From positions 64,001 to 128,000 of the IMG/VR virus record IMGVR_UViG_2513237141_000003: 64,000 bases of DNA, one strand, 5' to 3'. The notes under the pieces were generated by a model. The model was not told where the DNA came from. It saw only the letters and a list, made by a program, of their open reading frames with translations, and made no database searches. This document shows, piece after piece, positions 34,037 to 42,789 of this stretch (the first letter of the stretch is position 1; every line of letters starts with the position of its first letter). The position numbers were made by a program, and so were the translations under genes. The DNA is from a virus. Its lineage: Duplodnaviria; Heunggongvirae; Uroviricota; Caudoviricetes.

Positions 34037-34978
34037 ATGAAGCGTTTTCTGTTCGCCTTCGGCCTGTGGACGAACTTCCTGTCCCTGTTCGCGCTGGGCA
34101 CGCTCAAGCTGACCGGCGTAGCGCCGGACTGGGTCCCCGTGATCAAGGACTGGGCTTTCAACCTCGTCGTCATCAACACCATGATCATGACGGCGGTGCA
34201 GGGCTATCCCGCGCTCCCCGACATCAAGCTGCCGGACGGCATCAAGAAGGCTTTGCCGGCGGTATTGATTGTGGTGATCTCGCTGGTTGGCTTGGCGAGC
34301 ACCGTCCGTGCGGCGGACCTCCCCACCAAGGCCAAGCTCTCCAACCCTTTTGCGCAGCCTTACGACCTGACCAGGTGCGGGGCCTATTTCGGCTTCAACG
34401 CCATCGGCTCGACCTCCAGCGTTGCGGGAAATGTGCAGCCCGGCACGCAGGTGGTGCAGGGCGGTCTCGGTGGCACGGTCGGCTACGGCTGTCCGATCAA
34501 CGCCCAGAACGGCTCATTCTGGTTCGTCGAGGCGATGGCGGACATCACCAACATCAACGGCGCCACCAACGGCCTGTCGCTCTCTGGTCCCGCATCCTTC
34601 ACCGAACGTTTTGGCGCCGGTACGCCGCTCAACAGCGTGATCGGATCGATCCTGCCGGCAGGCTCGGCCTCGCCGGCGGTCCCGAGCCTGCCGTTGCTGC
34701 CCACCGGCATCACATCCGGCCCCGGCGCACCGTACGCCTTTGTCGCCCTGCATCAGGACGATATCTCGCTGTCCAACGGCATCTCACAGAACCGAGAGTG
34801 GCTGTTGTCTTGGGGCATCGGTCTCGGCCTTCGCTACCGCCTCTCCAACGGAGTCGTGGCCGACACCTTCGCTGAATACAAGGCCGCGACCCAATCGATC
34901 TGCGTCGGCGCGATCGGTAACGCTGCCTGCATCAAACCAGATCAAGGTGCCCGCGTCGGCATCAGCTTCCTTTACTAA
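34037..34978 (+). CDS. Fusion of an N-terminal TM (holin-like) domain with a rhizobial outer-membrane beta-barrel protein
   Basis: RBS AAGGAG; two hydrophobic segments, then KK-ALPAVLIVVISLVGLASTVRA-ADLPTKA (signal plus the typical rhizobial OMP start); C-terminal GARVGISFLY beta-signal. Confidence 0.7.
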   Translation: MKRFLFAFGLWTNFLSLFALGTLKLTGVAPDWVPVIKDWAFNLVVINTMIMTAVQGYPALPDIKLPDGIKKALPAVLIVVISLVGLASTVRAADLPTKAKLSNPFAQPYDLTRCGAYFGFNAIGSTSSVAGNVQPGTQVVQGGLGGTVGYGCPINAQNGSFWFVEAMADITNINGATNGLSLSGPASFTERFGAGTPLNSVIGSILPAGSASPAVPSLPLLPTGITSGPGAPYAFVALHQDDISLSNGISQNREWLLSWGIGLGLRYRLSNGVVADTFAEYKAATQSICVGAIGNAACIKPDQGARVGISFLY

Positions 34979-35043
34979 CGCCCGCTCAATCCGGCGGGCG
35001 GGTGCACGTCGGCTGCCCGCCGATGCTTCCAAAAGGAAAGACC

Positions 35044-35238
35044 ATGCGGATGCACCACGATTACATCGTCAACCTCCCGCTCTCCGTCGTCCTGATGACG
35101 TCGGAGAGCTGGCTCAAGCTGTTTGTGGATGGATCGTGGTTCTTCGGCACGCTTCTCCCGTACGTCGGCTTCGCAGTCGGCGCCCTGCAGCTGTTCTTCC
35201 TGGCTCGCAAGTTTTGGAACTGGCTGAAGAACGACTAA
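35044..35238 (+). CDS. Putative holin with Met-Arg-Met dual start
   Basis: 64 aa, hydrophobic segments, basic C-terminus ARKFWNWLKND; ATG CGG ATG after RBS AAGGA. Confidence 0.62.
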   Translation: MRMHHDYIVNLPLSVVLMTSESWLKLFVDGSWFFGTLLPYVGFAVGALQLFFLARKFWNWLKND

Positions 35239-35254
35239 CCCCCAAGAGGCTTAA

Positions 35255-35914
35255 ATGGCTCCCCATGTACTCATCGTCGGCGCGGACAAGGGAGGCGTTG
35301 GCAAGACCACCGTTTCCCGCACCTTCGTCGACTACTTCGAGACCCGCGGCATCACGGTTCGCTCCTTCGATACCGAGCACCCGGAAGGCGTCCTGGCGCG
35401 CTTCCATCCCACCAAGACCAAGATCATCAATCTCGAAGATCCGGCCGACCAGATGCTGGTGTTCGACAATCTGAACGCCGCGCAGGTGACGCTGATCGAC
35501 ATTCGCGCAGGGCTTCTCTCCAAGACGCTGGCGACCCTGACCGAGGTCGGCCTTCTCGGGGGCGCGCAGGCCGACCGCATGCGGACCTCCGTGGTCCATG
35601 TCATCGGCTCGAACAAGGCCTCTTTCGACGAGATCGACAAGACGGCGTCGGCCCTGGCCGGCGCAAGACACCACATCCTGCTCAACCACATCAACAAGTC
35701 GAAGTTTGCAGGCCTGCCGGACTCGGTGCGCGATCCGATCATCGTCGGCCAGCTCAACGAGATGGCAGCCGACACCGTCGATCGCCTCAGCATGGGCTTC
35801 AAGGCCTTCTGGAACGACGAGGCGAACCAGTCCGGCGTGCTGCGCGGCTACGTCGATGCGTGGCTCAACCGCACCTTCAAGGCCTACGACGACCACGCGT
35901 TCAACGTCCTCTAG
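35255..35914 (+). CDS. ParA/MinD-like P-loop ATPase
   Basis: Deviant Walker A GADKGGVGKTT, FDTE, Walker B TLIDIRAG. Confidence 0.82.
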   Translation: MAPHVLIVGADKGGVGKTTVSRTFVDYFETRGITVRSFDTEHPEGVLARFHPTKTKIINLEDPADQMLVFDNLNAAQVTLIDIRAGLLSKTLATLTEVGLLGGAQADRMRTSVVHVIGSNKASFDEIDKTASALAGARHHILLNHINKSKFAGLPDSVRDPIIVGQLNEMAADTVDRLSMGFKAFWNDEANQSGVLRGYVDAWLNRTFKAYDDHAFNVL

Positions 35915-36000
35915 ATCCGACCTCTCCGCATAGTTCTCGAGCCGCCATGGCAAGCGCCGTGGCGGCTTTGTCATGTCAAGTCCTGCGTGAAGGAGATCCG

Positions 36001-37236
36001 ATGCCGGCGAATCCTCTTTCTGACGAAACGCTCCGAGCAACGGTTCAGGCCTATTACGACAACAACAAAAGCTGGATGGGTGCAGCAAAGACCCTCGGCA
36101 TCGCTGACCGCTCCGTCGGAGACCGCCTCAAGCAGGCGGCCAAGCGCGGCCTGATGCTCAACGGCGGCGGCCCGGAGGCTATGCCGGGCTTCGAGGTCAC
36201 CAAGGTCGCCACGGACGGTGAGGGCAACCCGACCCACATCACCCAGCAGCAAGAGCCGGGCGCCGTCTTCGAGATGCCGAAGACGCACTTCCTCGGCAAG
36301 ATGACCGTCAATCGCGACGCCTCTGGCCGCATCATTCAAGACTGGATCAGGGCCGAGGTCGATGTCCAGCAGCGCGAGGCGGCCATCCAGGCCGTCGTCG
36401 CGGGCTTCTGCAGCGAGCTGCCGCGCGCCGAGCCGGTCAACACCCACATCGTCGGCAACGCCGACCTCGTCAACCAATATACGATCACGGACTACCACTT
36501 TGGGCTCTTGTCATGGAGGCCTGAGACCGGCGCGGACTGGGATCTGAAGATCGCCGAGAAGCTCTGGATGGACTGGTTCGCGGCCGCCGTGCGGCTCGCG
36601 CCAGACGCTCACACCGCGATCCTGGCCCAGCTCGGCGACCTCCTGCACTTCGACAGCCTCTCGGCTGTCACGCCCACCAGCGGCCACGTACTGGACGCCG
36701 ACAGCCGCTTCGCCAAGGTGGTCAGGGTGGTCATTCGCTGCATGCGATATGCGGTGCGGCTTCTGCTCGAGAAACACGAGAACGTTCACCTCATCATGGC
36801 GGACGCCAACCACGATCCGGCATCCGAGATCTGGTTGCGCGAGATGTTCGCAGCCCACTACGAGGACGAACCGCGGGTCTCGATCGACCTGTCGCCCGGG
36901 ACCTACTACGCCTTCGAGTGGGGCCTGGTCTCACTGTTCTATCACCACGGCCACAAGAAGAAGATCAAGCAGGTGGACGATGTGTTCGTCGCCACCCATC
37001 GCGAGCTCTACGGCAAGACCAGGTTCTCCTACGGGCACACCGGCCACCTGCACTCGGACGAGCTTTTTTCATCGAACCTGATGAAGGTGGAGCGCCACGA
37101 GACGCTGGCGGCGGCCTCTTCCTACGAGGCCAATGGCGGCTGGCGGAGCGGCCGCTCGTCCAAGGTCATCACCTATCACAAGAACTACGGCGAGGTCGGT
37201 CGCATCACGCTCACGCCCGAGATGGTGATGTCGTGA
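36001..37236 (+). CDS. HTH plus calcineurin-like metallophosphoesterase
   Basis: TDYHFG, LGDLLHFD, ANHD, HHGH, HTGHLH motifs; start ATG 36001 (RBS AAGGAG). Confidence 0.85.
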   Translation: MPANPLSDETLRATVQAYYDNNKSWMGAAKTLGIADRSVGDRLKQAAKRGLMLNGGGPEAMPGFEVTKVATDGEGNPTHITQQQEPGAVFEMPKTHFLGKMTVNRDASGRIIQDWIRAEVDVQQREAAIQAVVAGFCSELPRAEPVNTHIVGNADLVNQYTITDYHFGLLSWRPETGADWDLKIAEKLWMDWFAAAVRLAPDAHTAILAQLGDLLHFDSLSAVTPTSGHVLDADSRFAKVVRVVIRCMRYAVRLLLEKHENVHLIMADANHDPASEIWLREMFAAHYEDEPRVSIDLSPGTYYAFEWGLVSLFYHHGHKKKIKQVDDVFVATHRELYGKTRFSYGHTGHLHSDELFSSNLMKVERHETLAAASSYEANGGWRSGRSSKVITYHKNYGEVGRITLTPEMVMS

Positions 37237-37592
37237 CGAGGACCGCGCGCACGGTTGAAGCCTGCATTGCGGACCTTCCCAAGACCATCAAGATCGGGGC
37301 GTACGACTGGCAGGTCGTGGCGCTGGATGATGCCTCGGAGAATTACGGCCAGGCCGACTTCGACACCAGCGCCATCCGCATCTGGCCGAAGAACATCGCC
37401 ACCGCCGAAAAGGTCGTCGGGATCTTTCTGCACGAGTGCTACCACGTCATGTTCGACAATCATGGCCTCGGGCAACTCAAGCGCGACAAGGAAGATCGCG
37501 AAGAGCAGATCGTACTCGCCTTCGAGGCCGGCATGGTCTCTCTGCTCCGCGACAACCCCAAGCTCCTCATGTGGATGAAGAAGTACCTATGA
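37233..37592 (+). CDS. Small zincin-like metalloprotein (HExxH)
   Basis: FLHECYH motif; start GTG 37233 overlaps the upstream stop. Confidence 0.7.
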   Translation: MTRTARTVEACIADLPKTIKIGAYDWQVVALDDASENYGQADFDTSAIRIWPKNIATAEKVVGIFLHECYHVMFDNHGLGQLKRDKEDREEQIVLAFEAGMVSLLRDNPKLLMWMKKYL

Positions 37593-38029
37593 GCTATTTC
37601 GTGCGCGAAATCGACGGCATGGAGTGCTCCGACATCCTGCACACCATGAACGCGTTCGATCCGTCGTTCCCGGCGCTTGCGAGCAAGCACTTCTCGCATG
37701 GATATTGGTGGATCGCCCAGGAGCACGACACCAACATTGCGGTCGCCTTCGCGGCCCTGGTGCCGTTCTTCGGTCCAAAGGACGGTGTAGGCTACTTCAA
37801 ACGAGCCTACGTGCTGCCGGAGTACCGCGGGCAGGGGCTGCAACTCTCGTTCATGCGCCTGCGCGAGGACAAGGCGCGCCAGCTGGGCTGGCGCATGCTG
37901 GTCTCCGAGTGCAGCGGCGACAACGTCCATTCCGCCAGCAACTTCAGCAAGGCTGGATTTTCCGAGTTCATTCCGGAGCAACCGTGGGGCGCCCCGGGAT
38001 CGATCTACTTCGCCAAGATCCTTTTCTAG
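37589..38029 (+). CDS. GNAT acetyltransferase
   Basis: RAYVLPEYRGQGLQ acetyl-CoA motif A; NVHSASNFSKAGF motif B. Confidence 0.85.
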   Translation: MSYFVREIDGMECSDILHTMNAFDPSFPALASKHFSHGYWWIAQEHDTNIAVAFAALVPFFGPKDGVGYFKRAYVLPEYRGQGLQLSFMRLREDKARQLGWRMLVSECSGDNVHSASNFSKAGFSEFIPEQPWGAPGSIYFAKILF

Positions 38030-38062
38030 CGACCCACTCCAAAACAAAAGGGGCTGACCACC

Positions 38063-38977
38063 ATGCGTCTCCAACGCGTGATCCTTCCGACTTTGCTTCT
38101 CATCGCCGCTGTATTCGTCGGAAGTCGGGCGTTCGCCGACTATCAGATCAAGGACGGCACCGGCACTCTGCAGACCGTCCTATCCTTCGTGTGTCAGACC
38201 ACAAAGATATGCCCGGCGCAGGTGCTGATCGACTCGTCCGGTTCAGAGAAGGCGACGGCGTCGAACCCGCTGCGCACCGACCCAACCGGGACGACCGCGC
38301 AGCCTGTCTCCGGCGCTTCATCGAATGCGTCTTCGGCGGTGACGACATCATCCGCGAATCTCCCTGCGATCGCGTACCTCTATGGCTTCAACGGCACGAC
38401 CTGGGACCAGATCCAGGTTGATGGGTCGAAGAACCTGAAGGTCAACTGCGTTACCGGGTGCGGCGCGGGTGGCGGTGGCGCGGTCACGGTCGCCAACGGC
38501 GCCGACACGGTGGAAGGCACGATCACCACCGCGCACGGCTGCTCTGTGGCTGGCTATACGGTTATCGGCTGCCTTGGGCAGATTGACGATGACATCAAGG
38601 GACCTCTTCCGACCGGTACAAACTATGCCGCTCAATTCGGTCTGTGGGCGTCGGTCTCGAGCTACGTGAACGGCACGACTGCCGCCATGACCGCAACGAC
38701 CAGCACGCAGGTCATCGCTGCCGTCGCGTCGAAAAGCATCTACGTGACCGAGGTCTCCTGCGGCAACAGCAGCTCGACCGGCACCTTCGTGAACATTCAA
38801 GACGGCAGCGGCGGCGCGACGCTTAGGACGCTGACTTGCGGTCCAACCTTTGGCGGTCATGTCGAGCAGGCTGGCGGCACTCCGATGTTCCACACCACCT
38901 CGGGCAACGGCCTCTATGCGGTGGATGTCACGACCGGCGCGAACGTAATCGTCAACGCTTCTGGTTGGGCTCAGTAA
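38063..38977 (+). CDS. Signal-peptide-bearing fibre/spike-like protein, 8 Cys
   Basis: MRLQRVILPTLLLIAAVFVGSRAFA-D; Thr/Gly-rich shaft; C-terminal beta-sandwich VIAAVASKSIYVTEVSCGN. Confidence 0.78.
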   Translation: MRLQRVILPTLLLIAAVFVGSRAFADYQIKDGTGTLQTVLSFVCQTTKICPAQVLIDSSGSEKATASNPLRTDPTGTTAQPVSGASSNASSAVTTSSANLPAIAYLYGFNGTTWDQIQVDGSKNLKVNCVTGCGAGGGGAVTVANGADTVEGTITTAHGCSVAGYTVIGCLGQIDDDIKGPLPTGTNYAAQFGLWASVSSYVNGTTAAMTATTSTQVIAAVASKSIYVTEVSCGNSSSTGTFVNIQDGSGGATLRTLTCGPTFGGHVEQAGGTPMFHTTSGNGLYAVDVTTGANVIVNASGWAQ

Positions 38978-38987
38978 GGAGACGCGA

Positions 38988-39185
38988 ATGGCTTTGCATC
39001 GATCTCTACAAAAGGCCGTCCGCGTAGCCCTCGCGCTTTGGCTGGCCATATCCCCTGCAGGTGCCACGAACATGCTCCTCACGGGGGTGGGGAGTTCGAG
39101 TGGGGGAGCAACCACCAACTGCATTCTCGTCCAGACCGGCTCCAAACTTCTCGCCAACACTGGCTCATGCCTGCTTTTCCAATGA
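38988..39185 (+). CDS. Small signal-peptide protein, 2 Cys
   Basis: MALHRSLQKAVRVALALWLAISPAGA-T; mature part TNMLLTGVG...CILVQTGSKLLANTGSCLLFQ; RBS AAGGAG. Confidence 0.65.
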   Translation: MALHRSLQKAVRVALALWLAISPAGATNMLLTGVGSSSGGATTNCILVQTGSKLLANTGSCLLFQ

Positions 39186-39193
39186 GGTTCGCA

Positions 39194-39991
39194 ATGAAGA
39201 AGCTCCTACTGATCGCGTTGCTTTTGCTTGCGCCAGCAACCGCGTACGCTGATCAGACCATTAACACGCTCGGCGCCGGCAGCGCGGTCAGCAACACCGA
39301 CCTGTTCCCAGCCTATCAAGGCGCCAATCCTGCGACCACGCCAACCGCAGCCCAGGTCAAGGCATACTCGAATATTTCGCCAGGCTATGTTGCCAGCAAT
39401 TGGTATGTGCCAATCAACGAAGCTGCGTCCTCTATCGGCCAAGGTGTTACGTCCAGCACAATCTATTGCAAATTCGGAATCATTAATCAGAAGGTCACGA
39501 TCAGTGCGCTTGCGATCGGGATCAATACGGCCGGGTCAAGCAATGTGCAGCTTGCGGTCTATTCGTCGGTAAATGGCAAACCCGGGTCGCTACTCAGCAA
39601 CACAGCCAACATCGCCAACAATGTGACTGGCGCAGTGAGCGGGGCGCTCGGTGCCAACAAACAGGTCGGTCCCGGAGGGGCCAACGGCGACGCCGCTTTA
39701 TGGTTCTGCGCGAACACCAACGATAGCACGATGACCCCGGTCATAAGCGGCTTCAATGCGTTGAGCGGGGCGGCCTATGTTGGAAGCTCAACTTTGTCAG
39801 ACATCTTGAACGGTACTGGTGGGACCAGCATAGGCGGCGTCTCTTGCTCTGGAGCAAATTGCAACGGGGGCTCCAGCACCTTCAACACGTGGCCCGCCTC
39901 TCTGGCCGGCTCGACCTGGACAATCATCAATTCCAACACGACAGGAAATCCCGTCCCGATCGTCGGGTTTAAAGTGCAGTCCGTTCCGTAA
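39194..39991 (+). CDS. Signal-peptide-bearing fibre-like protein, 4 Cys
   Basis: MKKLLLIALLLLAPATAYA-D; N-terminal fibre motif INTLGAGSAVSNTDLFPAYQGANPATTPTAAQV; NVQLAVYSSVNGKPGSLL beta domain. Confidence 0.78.
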   Translation: MKKLLLIALLLLAPATAYADQTINTLGAGSAVSNTDLFPAYQGANPATTPTAAQVKAYSNISPGYVASNWYVPINEAASSIGQGVTSSTIYCKFGIINQKVTISALAIGINTAGSSNVQLAVYSSVNGKPGSLLSNTANIANNVTGAVSGALGANKQVGPGGANGDAALWFCANTNDSTMTPVISGFNALSGAAYVGSSTLSDILNGTGGTSIGGVSCSGANCNGGSSTFNTWPASLAGSTWTIINSNTTGNPVPIVGFKVQSVP

Positions 39992-39996
39992 TTGGG

Positions 39997-42789
39997 GTGC
40001 TATCCGTGAAAAGATTTTTAGCCGTTCTACTCTCGGCGCTACTGATTTCTGAGCCCAGTCATGCCTGGCCCATTAAGGCGTCGGCAGCAGGCGTGGCGCC
40101 TAATGGCGCCACCCTGAATATCGGCGGCGGGGATCTCGCGCTCGGAAATTTCGTCGACATCATGCATGTGATGCAGGCGGGGTTTTCGGGAGGGGCCACG
40201 CCAAATTCGGCCGGGCTGGACTCGAACGGCTATCCGACCAAAAGCTTTTCGGGGACCATATCTTTTACAGAGCCGCTGACCGGTGGCAGCGGGTTCTACA
40301 ATGTCCCTTATGTCGCGGTTGTGCCGGCCGGGACCAAGCTTGCATTCACCAGCACGGGAGGCACGCAAGCTAGCAGTTGTTCCGTGCTTTCCGGGACGGC
40401 GGGCAGCTACACCGGATGCCTCGGCGGAAATGTCACCATCACCTTCGACGGCACTGGCGCTGCTGCAGTTCAGTTCACCCCGACAGGGCAGTTCACGATC
40501 AACTTCAGCGGGGCATCGTCATACGGCGCTGCAGGAACCGCCAATCTCGCCATTGTCAGGGCGACGGACTACGCGAACTATCTTGCTTATGGCAACACCG
40601 ATGCGCGCGGGATCTTCACGCCGGAATATCTGTCCCTTCAAGCGGGTACAAACGCCAAAAACATCAGGCCCATGGGTTGGGTTGATAGTGGCGGAAACAA
40701 TCTCTCAAGCGATACCGCGTGGAATTATCGGACTCCAGTAAGCGCACTGAGCTGGAACACTGGTGTTTTCCCGACCACTGTTTGGTCGAGCAGCATTACC
40801 TATGCTGCGACTGGCAACGGAAGCTGCACGACAGTTGGAGGTTCACAGGAAGTCTACACGGCTAGTGCCACGACCGACACGGCCGGCGCTCCGGTTGACG
40901 GATCGGTAATCCAAGGGGTCATCCCGACAACCAACACGACGGCGCAGCCCTATCTGTGCGTCGGTGGCGCACAATATCCAGTTGTCACTCCAGACGGTTT
41001 GACCACCGGCGCTGGAATTGTTTCGTCCGGTCAGGGCACTTTTATCTTCGACGGGATTACGCATCGTTGGCTGAACATTGCCTACATCGTCGGCGGCAGC
41101 AATCCTGATGGCGGCCTGACGGCTACGCTACCCATTGAAGCTCAGGTCCTCCTTGCGAATTACCTGAATCGTAATTTGTGGATCACCATCCCCGCGATGG
41201 CCAATTCCAATTACGTGACTCAGCAGGCGACCGCTGCGCTCAATCTCAAGACGGGTCTCTACGGCATCTTTGAGTACAGCAACGAGATCTGGAATTTTTC
41301 CTTTCCGCAGACCCAGTGGGCAAACCAGCGAGGGCTGGCTCTGGGCTTCCCGCAGGCCAACAACGAGCCGGCGAGCGGCTGGTACGGCCTGCGCATCGCG
41401 CAGTATCTCGGAAGCACCGTTCCATCGGTGTGGGCCGGGCGCACTTCCAATCTGCGCCGTTACCTTGGCTATCAGGCTTTCGGCGATCCCGCGGCGACCA
41501 AAACCTACCGGATGAAGGGCGCCGACCTTGCCAACAACGTCAGCTACTCAAACCCGGTTTCAATCTCCGTAGCCTCGCCCGCCGTTCTCTCTGGCTGGTT
41601 CGGGCACGGCTTGCAGTCCGGATGGCCAGTCGTTATGTCCACGACAGGGTCTCTGCCGACGGGCTTGATTGCCGGAACGACGTATTACGTTCTCAACCCA
41701 AATTCAAACAACGGCACGCTCCAGCTTTCGGCCACGCCAGGTGGCGCGGCGATCAACACAAGCGGGACGCAATCGGGCACGCAGACCGCGACCTACACCA
41801 ATCCATACTATGCCTCGATCATTGGCGTCGCCTACAACGCGAAGCCAAATCGGCCTGTCGATTTTATCGAGAGCAAGGGCTATGCGCCGTACACCGCCGG
41901 CACCAACTTCTCCGACCAGGGCGTAAACGGTGGCACCGCTGTCACCAGCATCAATGCCCCGTTCCTGCAGACGCTGGCCACGGCCCTCAACTCCAACCCG
42001 AACGATCCGACTTCGATAGCATCGCTTGACAACGACTTCCGGCAGGGCACAGCCTCGACGCTGACCTATAACTCGGGCACCTCGACGACCTTTAGCTGCC
42101 CGACCGGGACCACGTTCTCGACCTCTGCCGCGCATGGGTTTTCGAACACCAATCCCGGCAATAACAACATGGTCGCCATCTTCACGGCGACCGGGGGAAC
42201 TGTCTGCAATGGTCTGACTGCGGGGAAGGGCTATTGCTTTATCAACGTCACATCCACGACCTTCCAGATCGCCGCGTTCAATTCGGATGGGACGTGCGGC
42301 AGCACACCGATCGGTGTGTCGCCTGGCACTGGGACGACATCCGTTGGGCCAGCAAACGACACGACGCTCGCTGCATTGACCGCTCACATGTATCCGCAAT
42401 GGGAAGCCGTTGCGGCGGCCTTCGATAGCGACAGGCCGGCGGGGATGTCGGCGCTGCGTGTCGAGTGGTACGAGGGGGCTCCAGAGCCTTTGGCGCCTCC
42501 GGCTACGGGCGCGAACTCGTTAACCAGCGTCGGTGTGACGGTCGCCGGATCGGCGGCGACCGCAAACGCCGCCCTGCAGGCGGGATTGACCAGTTGGAAG
42601 AACAACGCTGACGCCAGCGCGTTGATCTTAGCCTACTACAACGCGTTCATGGCGCTGACCCACTCCAAGACGCCATCGCATCTCGTTCTGCCGGGTGGTG
42701 GTCAATATTCGCTGACATCTGGCACTCTCCCGACATCAGCGAAATATCAGCTCTACAACGGCTTTGCGTCGTTCGTGGGTGTGCCTTAA
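39997..42789 (+). CDS. Large signal-peptide protein with a clan GH-A-like TIM barrel and inserted beta domains, 8 Cys
   Basis: KRFLAVLLSALLISEPSHA-W; LWITIP, EYSNEIWN (acid/base), WYEG (nucleophile); two LPTGL..GTTYYV...LQLS-type inserts; start may be GTG 40006. Confidence 0.8.
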   Translation: MLSVKRFLAVLLSALLISEPSHAWPIKASAAGVAPNGATLNIGGGDLALGNFVDIMHVMQAGFSGGATPNSAGLDSNGYPTKSFSGTISFTEPLTGGSGFYNVPYVAVVPAGTKLAFTSTGGTQASSCSVLSGTAGSYTGCLGGNVTITFDGTGAAAVQFTPTGQFTINFSGASSYGAAGTANLAIVRATDYANYLAYGNTDARGIFTPEYLSLQAGTNAKNIRPMGWVDSGGNNLSSDTAWNYRTPVSALSWNTGVFPTTVWSSSITYAATGNGSCTTVGGSQEVYTASATTDTAGAPVDGSVIQGVIPTTNTTAQPYLCVGGAQYPVVTPDGLTTGAGIVSSGQGTFIFDGITHRWLNIAYIVGGSNPDGGLTATLPIEAQVLLANYLNRNLWITIPAMANSNYVTQQATAALNLKTGLYGIFEYSNEIWNFSFPQTQWANQRGLALGFPQANNEPASGWYGLRIAQYLGSTVPSVWAGRTSNLRRYLGYQAFGDPAATKTYRMKGADLANNVSYSNPVSISVASPAVLSGWFGHGLQSGWPVVMSTTGSLPTGLIAGTTYYVLNPNSNNGTLQLSATPGGAAINTSGTQSGTQTATYTNPYYASIIGVAYNAKPNRPVDFIESKGYAPYTAGTNFSDQGVNGGTAVTSINAPFLQTLATALNSNPNDPTSIASLDNDFRQGTASTLTYNSGTSTTFSCPTGTTFSTSAAHGFSNTNPGNNNMVAIFTATGGTVCNGLTAGKGYCFINVTSTTFQIAAFNSDGTCGSTPIGVSPGTGTTSVGPANDTTLAALTAHMYPQWEAVAAAFDSDRPAGMSALRVEWYEGAPEPLAPPATGANSLTSVGVTVAGSAATANAALQAGLTSWKNNADASALILAYYNAFMALTHSKTPSHLVLPGGGQYSLTSGTLPTSAKYQLYNGFASFVGVP

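Noticed and set aside
32499-35238. Canonical Rz/Rz1 spanin pair
   Set aside because: No lipobox-bearing small ORF or nested gene pair could be identified in the lysis region.
1-42789. Tailocin, GTA or contractile injection system instead of a prophage
   Set aside because: Full head, packaging, tail, lysis and early genes are present, together with a tRNA att junction.
29117-42789. Diversity-generating retroelement or invertible fibre cassette
   Set aside because: No reverse transcriptase or invertase, and no template/variable repeat pair was seen.
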